DNA of 64,000 bases. It comes from Chiloscyllium plagiosum. Taxonomy: Eukaryota. Below the pieces are notes generated by a model, which did not search any database, was not told where the DNA came from, and was given only the letters and a program-made list of their open reading frames with translations. The translations under genes were made by a program, and so were the position numbers. The stretch lies in the NCBI RefSeq assembly GCF_004010195.1, contig NC_057711.1:139035949-139099948 (forward strand), given 5' to 3'. Below are positions 13,096-25,394 of the stretch, one piece after another (within the stretch, counting starts at the first letter, position 1; each line of letters begins with the position of its first letter).

Positions 13096-14275
13096 TTTAG
13101 CAATACTGGAAAAGATTATCACCAACTTTCACTTTAGCTTCCTTCAATATCCTTGGATGCATCTCTTTTGAACCATGTACTTTTTCAATACTAAGTACCA
13201 ATGGTTCATCCAATACCACCTCCCTCACAATTTTGAAACTCCTAATGACTGCCACAATAGCTTGGGTAAAATGTGCTTCCTTGGTAAAGAATGATGCAAA
13301 ATATCCATTTAATACCTTAGCCTCCACATGTGAATTTGTCTTTAGTTCCTAATCAACCCAAGTCTTCCTATTACCTCCCTTTTTTATTTAAGTACTGCTT
13401 GAAGACATTTCAACTTTCCTTTATATTAGCTGTCAGTCTTTTCTCATAACCCCTCTTTGCCTCTCTTCACTCCACTCCCAATCTTCTGTATTCTGAATCA
13501 TAGAATGCCTATGGTGTGGAAATAGGCCCTTTGGCCCAATAACGGTCACCCACCCAGACTCATTCCCTTAACCTATTACTCTATATTTAGCCCTAACTAA
13601 TACACCTAATGTATACATCCCTAAACACTATGGCCAATTAGCATGGTCAATTCACCTAACCTGCACATCTTTGGATTGTGTGTGGAAAGCGGAGCACCCA
13701 GAGGAAACCCATGCAGACACGGGAGAATGTGCAAACTCCGTGCAGACAATCGCCCTGAGGCTGGAATCGAACCCGGGGCCCTGGTGCTAACCACTGAGCC
13801 ACCATGCTGCCCAATGGTTCTGCTTGATTCTCAATTACGTTTCCTCCCTAACACCTGCCATAAACACACTTTTCTTCTTATCTTAATTTCAATCTCTGTT
13901 TTTACCCAGGGAGCTCAGCATTTGTTTGTCCTACCTTTCCCTTTTGAGGGAGTACACCTTGATTGTATCTGAGCCATTTCTTCTTTGAAGGTAGCCTATT
14001 ATTCAACTGCAGTTTTCCCACCTACCTTTGGCCCCGGTCTATCCAGCTCAGCTATGTTTTAACCCAATTAAATTGGTTCTTCCCCAGTTAATTATTCTCA
14101 TTTTGGATTATTCATTGTTTTTTTCAATGTCATCCCAAACCTTTTCACACAAGGATCACTGCTCCGTGAATGTTCACGTGTTGACTTTTGACCTACTTGG
14201 CCCAAGAATCAGGTCCAGCGATGCCTCCTTTCTTGTTGGACTGGTCACATACTTCCATTTAAAATTCTCCCAAAC
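13096..14275 (-). mobile_element. Old CR1 remnant (hosts an HE1 SINE)
   Basis: MEAKVLNGYFASFFTKE...MHPRILKE on the minus strand. Confidence 0.7.
13497..13812 (-). mobile_element. HE1-type V-SINE
   Basis: Reverse complement of the tRNA head (ggttcgattcc B box), V-domain and CR1-like tail. Confidence 0.9.
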
Positions 14276-14277
14276 AT

Positions 14278-15098
14278 AAGTGGCAGATGGAGTTTAATTC
14301 AGATAAATGCAAGGTGCTGCATTTTGGGAAAGCAAATCTGAGCAGGACTTATACACTTAATGGTAAGGTCCTGGGGAGTGTTGCTGAACAAAGAGACCTT
14401 GGAGTTCAGGTTCATAGCTCCTTGAAAGTGGAGTCACAGGTAGATAGGATAGTGAAGAAGGCGTTTGGTATGCTTTCTTTTATTGGTCAGAGTATTGAGT
14501 ATAGGAGTTGGGAGGTCATGTTGCGGCTGTACAGGACATTGGTTAGGCCACTGTTGGAATATTGCATGCAATTCTGGTCTCCTTCCTATCGGAAAGATGT
14601 TGTGAAACTTGAAAGGATTCAGAAAAGATTTACAAGGATATTTCCAGGGTTGGAGGATTTGAGCTATAAGGAGAGGTTGAATAGGCTGGGGCTATTTTCC
14701 CTGGAGCATCGGAGACCTTATAGAGGTTTACAAAATTATGAGGGACATGGCTAGGATAAATAGACAAAGTCTTTTCCCTGGGTCGGGGAGTCCAGAGCTA
14801 GAGGGCATAGGTTTAGGGTGAGAGGGAAAAGATATAAAAGAGACCTATGGGACAACATTTTCACACAGAGGCTGGTACGTGTATGGAATGAGCTGCCAGA
14901 GGAAGTGGTGGAGGCTGGTACAATTGCAACATTTAAAAGGCATTTGGATGGGTATATGAATAGGAAGGGTTTGGACGGATATGGGCCGGTTGCTGGCATG
15001 TGGGACTAGATTAGGTTGGGATATCTGGTCGGCATGGACAGGTTGGACTGAAGGGTTTGTTTCCATGCTGTACATCTCTATGACTTTATGACTCTAAT
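14278..15098 (+). mobile_element. Young CR1/HER1 3' fragment (same family as 5742-8245)
   Basis: 155-aa ORF MEFNSDKCKVLHFG...RPLLEYCMQFWSP...; intact 3' tail. Confidence 0.95.
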
Positions 15099-16044
15099 CT
15101 AAAACATTTGCCCCTCCCCTACCCCACTCTTGTTTACACTACCACTGCCCTAGATTTGTTGAGCAGCAGATAGGTAATTAAAGACATCCATTATAACTCT
15201 ATAATGTTTGTACCTCTCTATAGTTTCCTTGCAGATTTGACATCTTACCTGAGCACCCCCAACCAAAAAATATTTAACATCCATTCCTGTCGTTCCTTAA
15301 GACAGGTCTCTATTATCACCATTCCCAGATAATTTCACAAAACAACCTTTGCCAGCAACTCACTTTTTTAATACTTCTCCGTGTTCACATGCAGTGTATA
15401 TCTCATTTTGATGTTTTAATTTCTCCTTTACTCTGAAGCTACCTATCAACTTAGTATTCTCTATTCTAGTGTTTTCTGTCTTTCCCTGTGTGTTATGGAT
15501 TCTCTAATATTCCCTCCTGGTTTCCACACCCATACAGTCCTAGTTTAAAGCCTAGCAAGCATTAGCAAAACCCCTGTTAAGGAACTCAGTCCCAGCCTTG
15601 TTCAGGTGGTACTTGTCCTGCTTATACAGGTGCCATCTCCATCAGTGCCAATCCCAATGCCCCAGGAATCTAAGCCCTCCCTTCTGCACTGCTTTTGCAG
15701 CCACACATTCATCTGTCTTAACCAGATGGTCCTATACACACTTGCATGTGGTGCAGGAAATAATCTGGAATTGCCTGCACTTTGAGGTTCTGCTTGTTAA
15801 TTTTCTACCTAGTTTCCTAAATCCGGACTGCTGGACCACACACCCCTTCCTATCTATACTTCAGGCCTATTTTCCAGTACTTGGTCCGTAGCATTTTATG
15901 GTGCTCCAAGTGTTCATTTAAATACTTCTTAAATGTTGTAATGGTTCCCATTATATCATTGGTACCAATGTGGACCATGACCAAAGTATGTCTTGCAGCC
16001 ACAGTAACATCCATGCCATCCTGGAGATATTTTCTTTGTTTATA

Positions 16045-17190
16045 GAATCTGGCTGGGCCAGTATTTATTGCTGATCCTAATGCCCTGGTTGTGATATAGT
16101 GAGGTAGTAAATTAGCTGGGTTGAGTTTGTCCTGCTGTTTGAGGAGGTCTTACTACCATATTATTGGGTAGATGCCAGTGATGTGGCAAGGGGCATGGTG
16201 AGTTTTGGACCTCAGTACCACTGCTGGAATGTTGCCAGGACTGAGAGCCGCTGCAGCTTTCAGTGCTTTACACCATTCTTGTTATCACATAGAGTAACTC
16301 AAATTAGTCAAAGACCAGCCTCTGTGATCTAATTGTCTACCTGCTCACTGTTGAGCTCAGATCTGATCCACTCGTTGTGGAATCATGTAGATCTGTCTCT
16401 CAGTTGCTGGATATGCTATTTGACATGCAAGTAGTCCCGTGCTGTAGCTTCAACAGGTTGACAGCTAACTTTGCGTGGTTCCACTCCTGACATGTCCTCC
16501 TGCACTCTTCAGTGAATCAGGATTGATCTCATGTTTGATGACAATGATGAAGTGTGTGTGTGTGTGTCTTTGTGTGTTGGGGGGGGGGGGTGTTGAGGTG
16601 GGATATGCTGGACCATGAGGTTACAGCTTGTGATTGAATACAATTCTGTTACAGATGATGGCAACAACACCTCATGGTTGTCCAGTTTTGAATTGCTGGA
16701 TAGATTCAAAATCTACCCCATTTAGTCTCAAATGGCATAGTGAAGACTGTATTCAATGTGAAGACAGGACTTTTCACCAAAACTCTGTGGGGTGGCTGGT
16801 CCAACCAGTATTGCCAAAGACAGATGCATCTGTTTCAGGTAGATGTGAGGGTGAAGCCAAGTAGGCTGGTCTATCTTGTTGATTCTCTTGCCATTTGCTG
16901 CATACCCAGTCTAGCATTGATGTCCTTTAGGATTTGGCCAACTCAGTCAGTCATGGTGTAATTGAGCCACACCTGCTGATGACCAATGTAGCTCCCCTTC
17001 CTGAATCCATTCCGTGTCCTTGAAACTCACAGTGCTTCTTCCAAATGTTGTTCAACATGGAGGAACAGTGATTCATTGGCTGGTGGTTAGTGTGGTAGAT
17101 GGTAATCAGCAAGAGGTTTGCTTACCTGCATTTGACCTGATACCATGTGACTTCATGGGCGCCAGGGTCAATGTCAAGGTTTCCATGGCC
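16045..17190 (-). mobile_element. RTE-X-like LINE remnant (contains a (GT)n/G-run at 16551-16590)
   Basis: Colinear with the 28490-29335 copy (aaatgttgttcaacatggagg...tgattcat). Confidence 0.6.
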
Positions 17191-18000
17191 AGATCCCTCT
17201 GTTTGTTGAAACATCCTCCCAGTATCTACCCCAGCAAGCCCCTTGAGAATTTATATATTTCAATTAGATCATCTCACCACCTTCTTCTCCATTTTAGAGA
17301 ATAAATTCTTGGACTATTGAATCCATTCTCATTAGAGAAAGCTCTCATTCCAGGGATCAGTCGTTGCATTCCCTGAAGCAACTATCCCCTTTCTTCAGGC
17401 AGGAGACCAAAGTGTAGAAAGTACTTCAGTTGTGGTCTAATTTTCTCTTACACTCCAATATATAAGTATACCATCTGGCTTCCAAATTGCTTGCTGCACC
17501 TGCATGTTAATTTTCTGTTGTTCATGTAGAAGGATACCCAGACCCCTCAGAATATCAATATTTCACATTTGTCAGGATTTTTAAAAATATCCTGCTTTTC
17601 TATTTTTCCCACCGAAGTGGATAATAGTACACATTACTGCATTGTGTTCTTTCTATCATGTTCTTGCTGACTCATTTATCATATGCCCTCATTGCTTTTT
17701 CCTCATTGCTTAATTTTCCACTTATAGCTTTGTATGATCCGTATCAGTGGATACATTCCACTCAGTTCCCATATATCAGTCATTCATCTAGATTGTAAAT
17801 AGCTGAGTCTTAAGAACTGAAGATGTGGTATGCTATTAGTTACAGCCTACAACCCAAAATGACCCATTTACATCTAATCTCTGTTTCCTGTCCATTAACC
17901 ATTCCTCAATAAATGATAATATGTTATTTCAAATCCCATGAGTCGTAGTTTCTTGGCACTTCATCAGTTTTATGAAAGCCCATATATCCTCCATCCACTC
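17190..18000 (-). mobile_element. Old CR1 remnant
   Basis: aggagaccaaagtgtagaaagtacttcagttgtggtcta is the reverse of the RPQLEYCVQFWSP motif. Confidence 0.55.
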
Positions 18001-18982
18001 GTTCCTCTTAATATAGTCAACTAATTTCAACCTGAAAAAACAATTTGTCAGACTTGATTTTTCTTTTATAAAGACAGTCAGTCTTTCAGCCAGACAGCCC
18101 TTATGGAAGTTTTTGCCTGTGTACCTCTGGCACTGATTGGTGAACACTTGAAATAACCCCTTTGATGCCTCACTGTTAGTGACAAGTCTTTAGACAAGAT
18201 TAAACAAAGAGTGGGAGTCATTCCTGTCGGTGTGCTCTGTAACAGCAGTAGGCTGGCCACTTTAACAGCTGTGCTAACCTTTAAAGGACAATAGGAAACC
18301 ATGTACCTCGACTTCATGAAAAGAATTGATATGGATTAAATGGTCACACTTGAATTTGTCAGCTCATAATTCTGAGTTGAGTGTGACTCGCTCGCTGAAA
18401 ATGCCTTTGCTGGAAAACTCTCTTCTTGGCTCAAGCTGCTTTACTCTTTCCTCTGCTTCCTCTTTCCTTTCGTTGGAATTCTTGTTCCTTTTTTCTTTGC
18501 TGCCTCCCCTCCTGGCATCCTCCTTCCTCTTTTCTCTGTTGGAAATCTAATTCCAGTCTGTGCTACTCCGTTTTGTTTCCCTAATTCTCTTCAACTTTAA
18601 TTGATCAACTTTGTTGTAAATGTTTCATTTCTTTTGTTTTACCCTGATGTCACCTTAGTCTTTGATACCATATTGCAGATGTTATGTTCTCTGCTCTTCT
18701 TAATTTTACCCAAATTATTTTTCTCATTGATTTTGACTGTATTTTTTTCTTGAATCCTCCCTCTTCAATTTATGATTTTGTTCTAATTTAAGTGTTGAAC
18801 AGATAAAATTACATATTTTACTTACAACACAAATTATACTTGTATTGATGACAAAAAGTAGTTCCACCGTCCTCCTTTGCACTAAACTCCTACTTGCATC
18901 AAATTCAAGTGTTTCCACATTTATGCAACTATTCAATGCTAACCACACCAGATTTGATGTTTACTGTAACAAACATACTTAA

Positions 18983-19365
18983 GATTTGGAGGTGATGGTG
19001 CTGGACTGGGGTGGACAAAGTTAAAAAACACTAGCTTTCGAGGCGCTGCCTTTTCATCAGGTGGTTGTGGAACATGACAGAATTTATAGCAAAACAATTA
19101 CAGTGTCATGGAGCTGTAATGATATATTAAACAACTTCAGTTAAAAATTTTAAATATTTTTTACTTTAAAAAAAGTTAAAGTTAAAAACTTTAGTTAAAA
19201 CCTGGTGTTGTGTGATTTTTAACTGAAGTTGTTTAATATAACATTACAACTCGTGACACTGTAACCCTTTTGCTATAAATTCTGTGTTGTATGGTCATGT
19301 TGCACAACCACTCATGAAGAGGCAGCACCTCGAACGTTAGAGTTCCAAATAACCCTGTTGGATTT
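18983..19365. mobile_element. Penelope-like pLTR fold-back element, family C variant
   Basis: Long inverted arms; 12-bp TSD aaacatacttaa (18971-18982 / 19366-19377); hammerhead motif on the minus strand at 19029-19064. Confidence 0.85.
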
Positions 19366-19685
19366 AAACATACTTAAAGCATTATTGACTAAACATTACT
19401 TTGGTGAACAATTAAAATGTTAAAATTACAAAACAGAACTTAGAACACAACTGAAAAACCACAATGCTACATTGCGCTTTTATGTGGATATTCAATTCTC
19501 CCAAAATCAGAGCAAAATGATTCTTGGCTCTTAAGGGTTTACTTCTGCTCATTTCCCTTTATCCACCTGAAAATATTTAACTCCAAAACTATTTTTCATG
19601 TTGCAAGTTTGCACAGAGATTTTCCCTCTAATTAAATCGAGGCAAATGTAATGCATTACCAAAATGCGCATGAGCTCCCAAACAC

Positions 19686-19989
19686 ATTCCAGTGTGCTGA
19701 GCTGCAATATCATGTTGCCTGTAACTGCTGTTCCTGACAGACCAGCTGTAAGGGTTTTCAGGGACATCTTGGAGACCTTTGCTCCCTCAGCTGATTTCTT
19801 CGGCTCTGTGAATGACATGGGCCATGTATTCTTGAGTTAATCACCTTCAATGTTTACTTCACATGTCATAAGCCACCCCAGTATAAGCAACTGTTCATTG
19901 GCATTCCAGGGGGCTCTCTGCTGACTGACTCATTCTGGATTAGATTACTGTTCTATTGGAATGTTTGATGTAGTTTGTTTTAAAAATAA
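19686..19989. promoter_or_regulatory. Candidate muscle enhancer or alternative promoter (MCAT x3, CAGCTG E-box x2, CACCC box, MEF2-type site)
   Basis: CATTCCA at 19686 and 19902, reverse copy at 19957-19963; CAGCTG at 19743 and 19788; CCACCCC at 19873; TTAAAAATAA at 19980-19989. Lies in apparently non-repeat DNA upstream of the first TMOD1 coding exon. Motif evidence only. Confidence 0.35.
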
Positions 19990-20920
19990 AACCTTCACAA
20001 AAATAAGTAACATCCATGAGCCACTTACTTAAAATCCAAATTCTCAACATTATATATCAGAGACCTTTCATTACAACAGTCCCAGAAATATCAAACATAT
20101 AGACTTCATAACTTACTACCTAAACTGCACAGTATAATTATGAGTTGGTGGTGTTGTTATCTACACTGGATGCTGGACAATAGAGCTGTTGTCCTGAGTT
20201 GCCTTGTGTATGTAAAGATACAACTGCCAATGATCCATTGTGCAAGTTCACTCACATAAAAGATGAACTGTACACTAGAGGCTGAAATGATTTTCTGCAA
20301 AATTATTCTGGCAGTATTTGAGCTTTGATCTTGGCAAAAGATTCAGTTTAGAATTCTCCTAAATAAATAATTGTATGACAGCAAAACATGCCATGATTAA
20401 TGTGCAAATCAGACAGAAATTTTGTGGCATTAAGAGATAGGTTGTGAGTTGTAAATTTCCAGAAGTTGCTAGTTAATTTATGTCGCTCTGCCGTTTCCTC
20501 ACTTCCCCTGAACCTCACTAGCATCTTTTTTAAAACTTTCTGCATTTGCACGTAAATTATCTATTGAAATTGCCATAGAATTAAATCTAGTAATTAACAG
20601 CACTGGCACCATTTTAATACCATTATCCTGTAAATATAAAGCTAACCAACATCTGCAATCCAGGATAGAAATAATTTTAAAGTTTTCAATCTGATAAATT
20701 CTTTGGAAATGCTTTGCCTACTATCTGCGCTTTCGTTCCTTCCATCCATTCCTTATGTTCTTTTCATTGTTTTTCTTTCTGTACCTGATTTGTAGCTTAG
20801 CTTCCTTCCCTGGCATCCTACTTTACTCCCAAGATTCTGATTGCTTAAGGAGTTACACTGTTGCACCCAGATATCCTGTTGCCCTGTTGTTATCAGCTTA
20901 CTACTCCAACACGTTACAGT

Positions 20921-21055
20921 ACTGAGTTCTCTGGAAGGGTCACTCGACCTGAAATGTTAACTCTGATTTCTCTTCATAGATGCTGCCAGATCTACTGAGC
21001 TTTTCCAGCAATTTCTGTTTTTGTTTCTGATTTACAGCATCCGCAGTTCTTTCAT
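20921..21055 (+). mobile_element. Penelope-like pLTR single arm, family B, with decayed hammerhead
   Basis: GAGUU-cucugga-A-GGGUC-ACUC-GACCU-GAAA-UG-UU-AACUC: stems I and II are recognisable, the CUGANGA box is mutated. Confidence 0.75.
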
Positions 21056-21462
21056 TTTTTAAAATGTCTTTATCTAACTGAACAGTGCAGGGTACAGTCT
21101 TTAAAACAAAATTGCACATTGTCAGTTAACCTGATTGAATGCAATGTTTTTAAATTTCCAATCAGCCATACTTCTGATTGGTGGTAGGTAAGCTGATACT
21201 AAAATGATATTGTTAATGTCATAGATGTTATTGATCATACATTTTTAAAAAATAAATAGAAGTGCAGATAGCAGATATGTGTTGAAACTCAAGTAAATGA
21301 TCCACTGAATTATGCTAACATAGAAACATTTGCTCCCTAAATGCAATTTTAAAGTAATCTCAATTTTAAGTGGCATCTCCATTATTGTGACCCCTCTGTT
21401 ACTTCAGATATTCAGGTCTGCTGCGATATTGCAAAGGAGGCTCCAACAAAGATTAAATCAAC

Positions 21463-21588
21463 ATGTCCACACCATTTAAAAAGGAGTTAGAAAAGTATCG
21501 AGATATTGATGAAGATGACCTTCTCCGGAAGTTATCGGAAGAGGAGATCCAGCAATTGGAAGATGAGTTGGAAGAACTAGATCCTGAT
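21463..21588 (+). CDS. TMOD1: Tropomodulin first coding exon (tropomyosin-binding site 1), MSTPFKKELEKYRDIDEDDLLRKLSEEEIQQLEDELEELDPD
   Basis: ATG at 21463, 42 open codons, phase-0 donor GAT|gtatgt at 21589. The peptide matches the tropomodulin N-terminus (ELEKYRD.DED.....LSEEE...LE.EL.ELDPD). An upstream acceptor (ttcag at 21403-21407 or 21411-21415) shows the exon also carries 5'UTR. Not in the ORF track (<60 aa). Confidence 0.93.
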
Positions 21589-22434
21589 GTATGTATAATC
21601 TTACATGTGTAGATCTACGTATTTAAGTTGTAACCAGAGGAGTGCTGTCACATACATATCTACATATAGACAATTCCCTCTCCAGAACAGAGTGCTGCAG
21701 AATTTATGTATGAGCTGTTCACTCAAATGGAAATAATTTCATTTTGACCTCCAATTTTAGAAAACACCTTCAACTAGCAAATCATCTCCGAATTCAATGA
21801 ACATTCTTCTTTATAAATCTTAAATGCAAAAGCTGGCTCTTATTCTTTAGTTTAGTAAAATCTTCAGAAAGCTGAAGTAAATTGAAAACTGTGATCTGTT
21901 TATGGTGATGATGCATGAATTTAGTCATCTCAAGTCTGGTGGGGGGGGGCACTGTTGGCAATATGCACTGGGCTGTCAGCTTCCCTTCTCACCGCTGATA
22001 CTGGGAAAACTGCTGTGCAGTTGTCAGCTTAAATCTCTCTCTCTCTTTTTCTTGAAATAACGTGGGGCATCTTGTTACCCGCTTTGAATCCAGAAAGGTT
22101 TATGAAAGTGGGTTATCTTTATACTTATTTTCTCAAAGGTTCTAGAATGGGTGTATATTTTAGCACATGCTAGTAATTTTAAAATATATTTATATTGCTG
22201 ATGGTGTTAGTGAGCTTGTAGAAAAACATAGAGGAGATAAGCTGTTGGTAGAAAGCACCAACAAACTATTTGGCATAATTCTGTGGATTACTACTCATCC
22301 AGAAATGGATTAATGAATGGATGAAGCCAGTGAATGCAAGTTAATACTTATCCATCCAGATATCAAATCCAGTGAGTGTCTTACTCCAGTTTCATGCCAG
22401 ATGTAACTAAACTTTACTGAGAGAATTATTAAGG

Positions 22435-23425
22435 TGGATGATAGCTCAATGGTTAGCACTGCTATCTCACACCATCAGGGACCTGCGCTCACTTCCAGCC
22501 TTGGGTGACTGCATTGAGTTTGTATATTCTCACTGTATCTGCATGGGTTTCAGCTAGGTGCTCTGGTTTCCTCCCTGTTTTGGACCAGACAAAACCCTCT
22601 CAAAATATATTAAGAAGATAGCTGAGACCCTAACCTTTTCTTATTTTAAAGGTAAGTATAAGGTCTTAAATCCAGATGAAATTTCAATTGGTCAAATTAC
22701 TCAACTTTCAGCAAAGCACACTTTATTGTTACACTACAGTTAAAATATAGACAAACTAAAAATAAAAGAAAAGAATTGGCTTAACCGTAGCTCTATCGAA
22801 ATGCTTAACAAATATTAGATATATTAACTGCTACTAATTAACTGTTCCAATAAAGCAACATCCCATAACCGCACCTTTGGCAAAGGCAAATTCAGTGAAA
22901 TAGATAGTCTCACATGCCATTTTAGCTGCAGGAAGAGAACCCCAGCAGTTAGTTATTACAGAGAGAGGCATCAAAGCTTCCACATCCAGCTCCAACACCC
23001 AGCAATTGCAGAAAGCTAAAACTAAAAATCCTGGTTCAGTGGGAGCTCAACCCCACCCATTCATGCTGCTTCTATTGTTCTGACTTTTAAAAAAATCAAG
23101 CCTCACAAGCTGTGTATTTTATTGGCTTTGAGTAGAATGCTCGGTACCTCTGTCTCAACCTTTTCTCATAAAAAAGCCAGGACAAAATACATCTCTTAAA
23201 GCCATAGTATCGTAGCATCCCACAGTGCAAAGATGTGCAGATTAGGTTGTTTGGCTGTGGTGAATTGTCCTATTGTGTCCAGAAGTGAGCAGGTTAGATG
23301 GATGAGCTATGGTAAATGCAGGGTTACAGGGATGGCATGGGGGCATGGACCTGGATGGTATGCTCTTCAGAGGGTCTGTGCAGACTCAATGGGCTGAATG
23401 GCTTCGTTCCTCACCTTGGGGATTC
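22435..23425 (+). mobile_element. HE1-type SINE split by a solo LTR
   Basis: SINE head at 22435-22575 resumes at 23218 (tcccacagtgcaaagatgtgcag). Confidence 0.85.
22576..23217 (-). mobile_element. Solo LTR (Gypsy-type), 642 bp
   Basis: TG...CA ends; 4-bp TSD tccc (22572-22575 / 23218-23221); strand inferred from an AATAAA near the minus-strand 3' end. Confidence 0.8.
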
Positions 23426-24877
23426 CAAGGGTCTCCACACAGTGGAAGAGTGAATCGTAAAAGCTTGTTCTATAACAGGAAGAAAAGATAATACAAATAA
23501 ATGACCTAAGATGTTAGCACTTTCAGTTCTGAAAACCAATAGTTACTTAGACTGGATTAATTCCAAACATTGAGGCTGAACTACAGAATTCTGCTGTAAT
23601 AGCAAAGCTCATTGTGACTGCATCATGCATTGTAGCAGCAGTGTTTATGTGCCAATTCTAATCAGAGCCATTTGGGAATGATGAAACTATCAAGCAGATT
23701 TATTCTGTTTGCCATTTAAAGAAACAGGCAGTGACAGTAAGTTTTCAAAATCAGTCCAGATAACAGCAATTTTGAACCAATTTATGACAGAGCTCAAAGG
23801 TGTTATTTTGCTACAAGTAATCAATCTTGGGATGTGCTTAGATTGGTTTTCCAATGGTATATGTTTCAGTAATCAACTGTCATTTTGTGAACCAATCCAT
23901 CACCCCCCATACCATTACCAAAACTATTTTGAGCAAGTTCTCTTATAAGTTATTTTAAGTTACTAAACACAGTAAGAAGAGAGAACAGATAACTCATCCA
24001 TTTGTCACCTGACAATTCAGTAGGTTCAGTATAGACCACGATTTTTAATTGCAAATAATTACGAAGTTCCTAAAACAATATTTTCTGAAGGTGTGAGGGG
24101 TAAGCCAGTTTATGAAGCACACCTGGACAAATGCAAGGTTGTGTTGTACATGGGTCAAAGGCCCTGAATGGGAAGCATTCCCAATGCTTTATCATCTTCC
24201 TCTTCTTCTCTCCCTGCAATCCAGAGACAATGGACACACACATTGGTTAGCCAAGCCAGTTCATATTTTCCCCTCCCAATGCCTCTCAAAGGAATGAGCT
24301 GTCCTACCGTGTTATTAGATATCGAGTGCTTAACAGTCTTGTTGCGTGCCTTTTGACACTGTCTCTGTTGAATCTGTTCCACCCTCTTTGAGTCACTGTT
24401 TCAACATTTCACACACTGCCTTAGCCATTGGTTTTGTTTAAAGGTTTGATGTTTGGAGATCCAACCATTGCATGCAGGAACTGACTTGAGTCTGATTAGG
24501 ATGACTGTATTGTGGATCAATTTGTCACCAGTGCTATAAGCTAAGATATATAATACTCAGAGAACAGGCTTCTGAGGTCTCTGAAGGTGCATATGAGACC
24601 AGAGCCTGGGACTAAAGCGAATGTAGGTTCCTTATGATATACAACCATAATGAGGGAAAACTGCGATGAAAATATTTGACCATTTAAAAATAACAGCCAG
24701 GAGATGATGATCTAAAGTCAACATATTCGTCGTTAAATAAACACTTAAAAAAATACTGGCACTCAGATTGCAAATTGCAAAATATTTATTCTGTTATAAA
24801 AACTGTGGAACCAATGGTACAAGTATGTTTTGTTAAACAAAAATGCTCTCCACAAAAAAAACTGCACATTATTAAAT

Positions 24878-25179
24878 GGCGTGGCACAGTGGCACAGTGG
24901 TTAGCACTGCTGCCTCACAGCGCCAGAGACCTGGGTTCAATTCCCGCCTCAGGCGACTCTCTGTGTGGAGTTTGCACATTCTCCCCGTGTCTGCGTGGGT
25001 TTCCTCCGGGTGCTCCGGTTTCCTCCCACAGTCCACAAATGTGCAGGTTAGGTGAATTGGCCATGCTAAATTGCCCATAGTGGTAGGTGAAGGGGTAAAT
25101 GTCTGGGTGGGTTACGCTTCGGCGGGTCGGTGTGGACTTGTTGGGCCGAAGGGCCCGTTTCCACACTGTAAGTAATCTA
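24878..25179 (+). mobile_element. Full-length young HE1-type V-SINE
   Basis: A box TGGCACAGTGG (24890-24900), B box GGTTCAATTCC (24934-24944), V-domain, CR1-like tail; CpGs retained. Confidence 0.95.
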
Positions 25180-25394
25180 GAGAACGATTGTTAAACCAAA
25201 GTTCCAGTAACTAAGTGATAGCTGACACCAGATTAGCAGAAGAGAAATGGGTACAATTTGGAATATTTGGCTCAAAGATCAGAGCAATGGTCATTAAAAT
25301 TTTGTTTGATTCAGACCCTTCTCCAACTGTCGATGCTTGTTCTGAAAACAGTGTCTGTTCATTACTCAGATCTTTGTGTACACAGAGTTGGGAT

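Noticed and set aside
1-21400. Exons of a neighbouring gene, or a CpG-island first exon
   Set aside because: No ORF with recognisable host-protein similarity plus splice signals, and no CpG island visible.
24878-24950. tRNA-like sequences with A and B boxes (also 22435, 33960, 38727, 39046, 49869, 51606)
   Set aside because: They are heads of tRNA-derived SINEs that continue into SINE cores; no complete cloverleaf.
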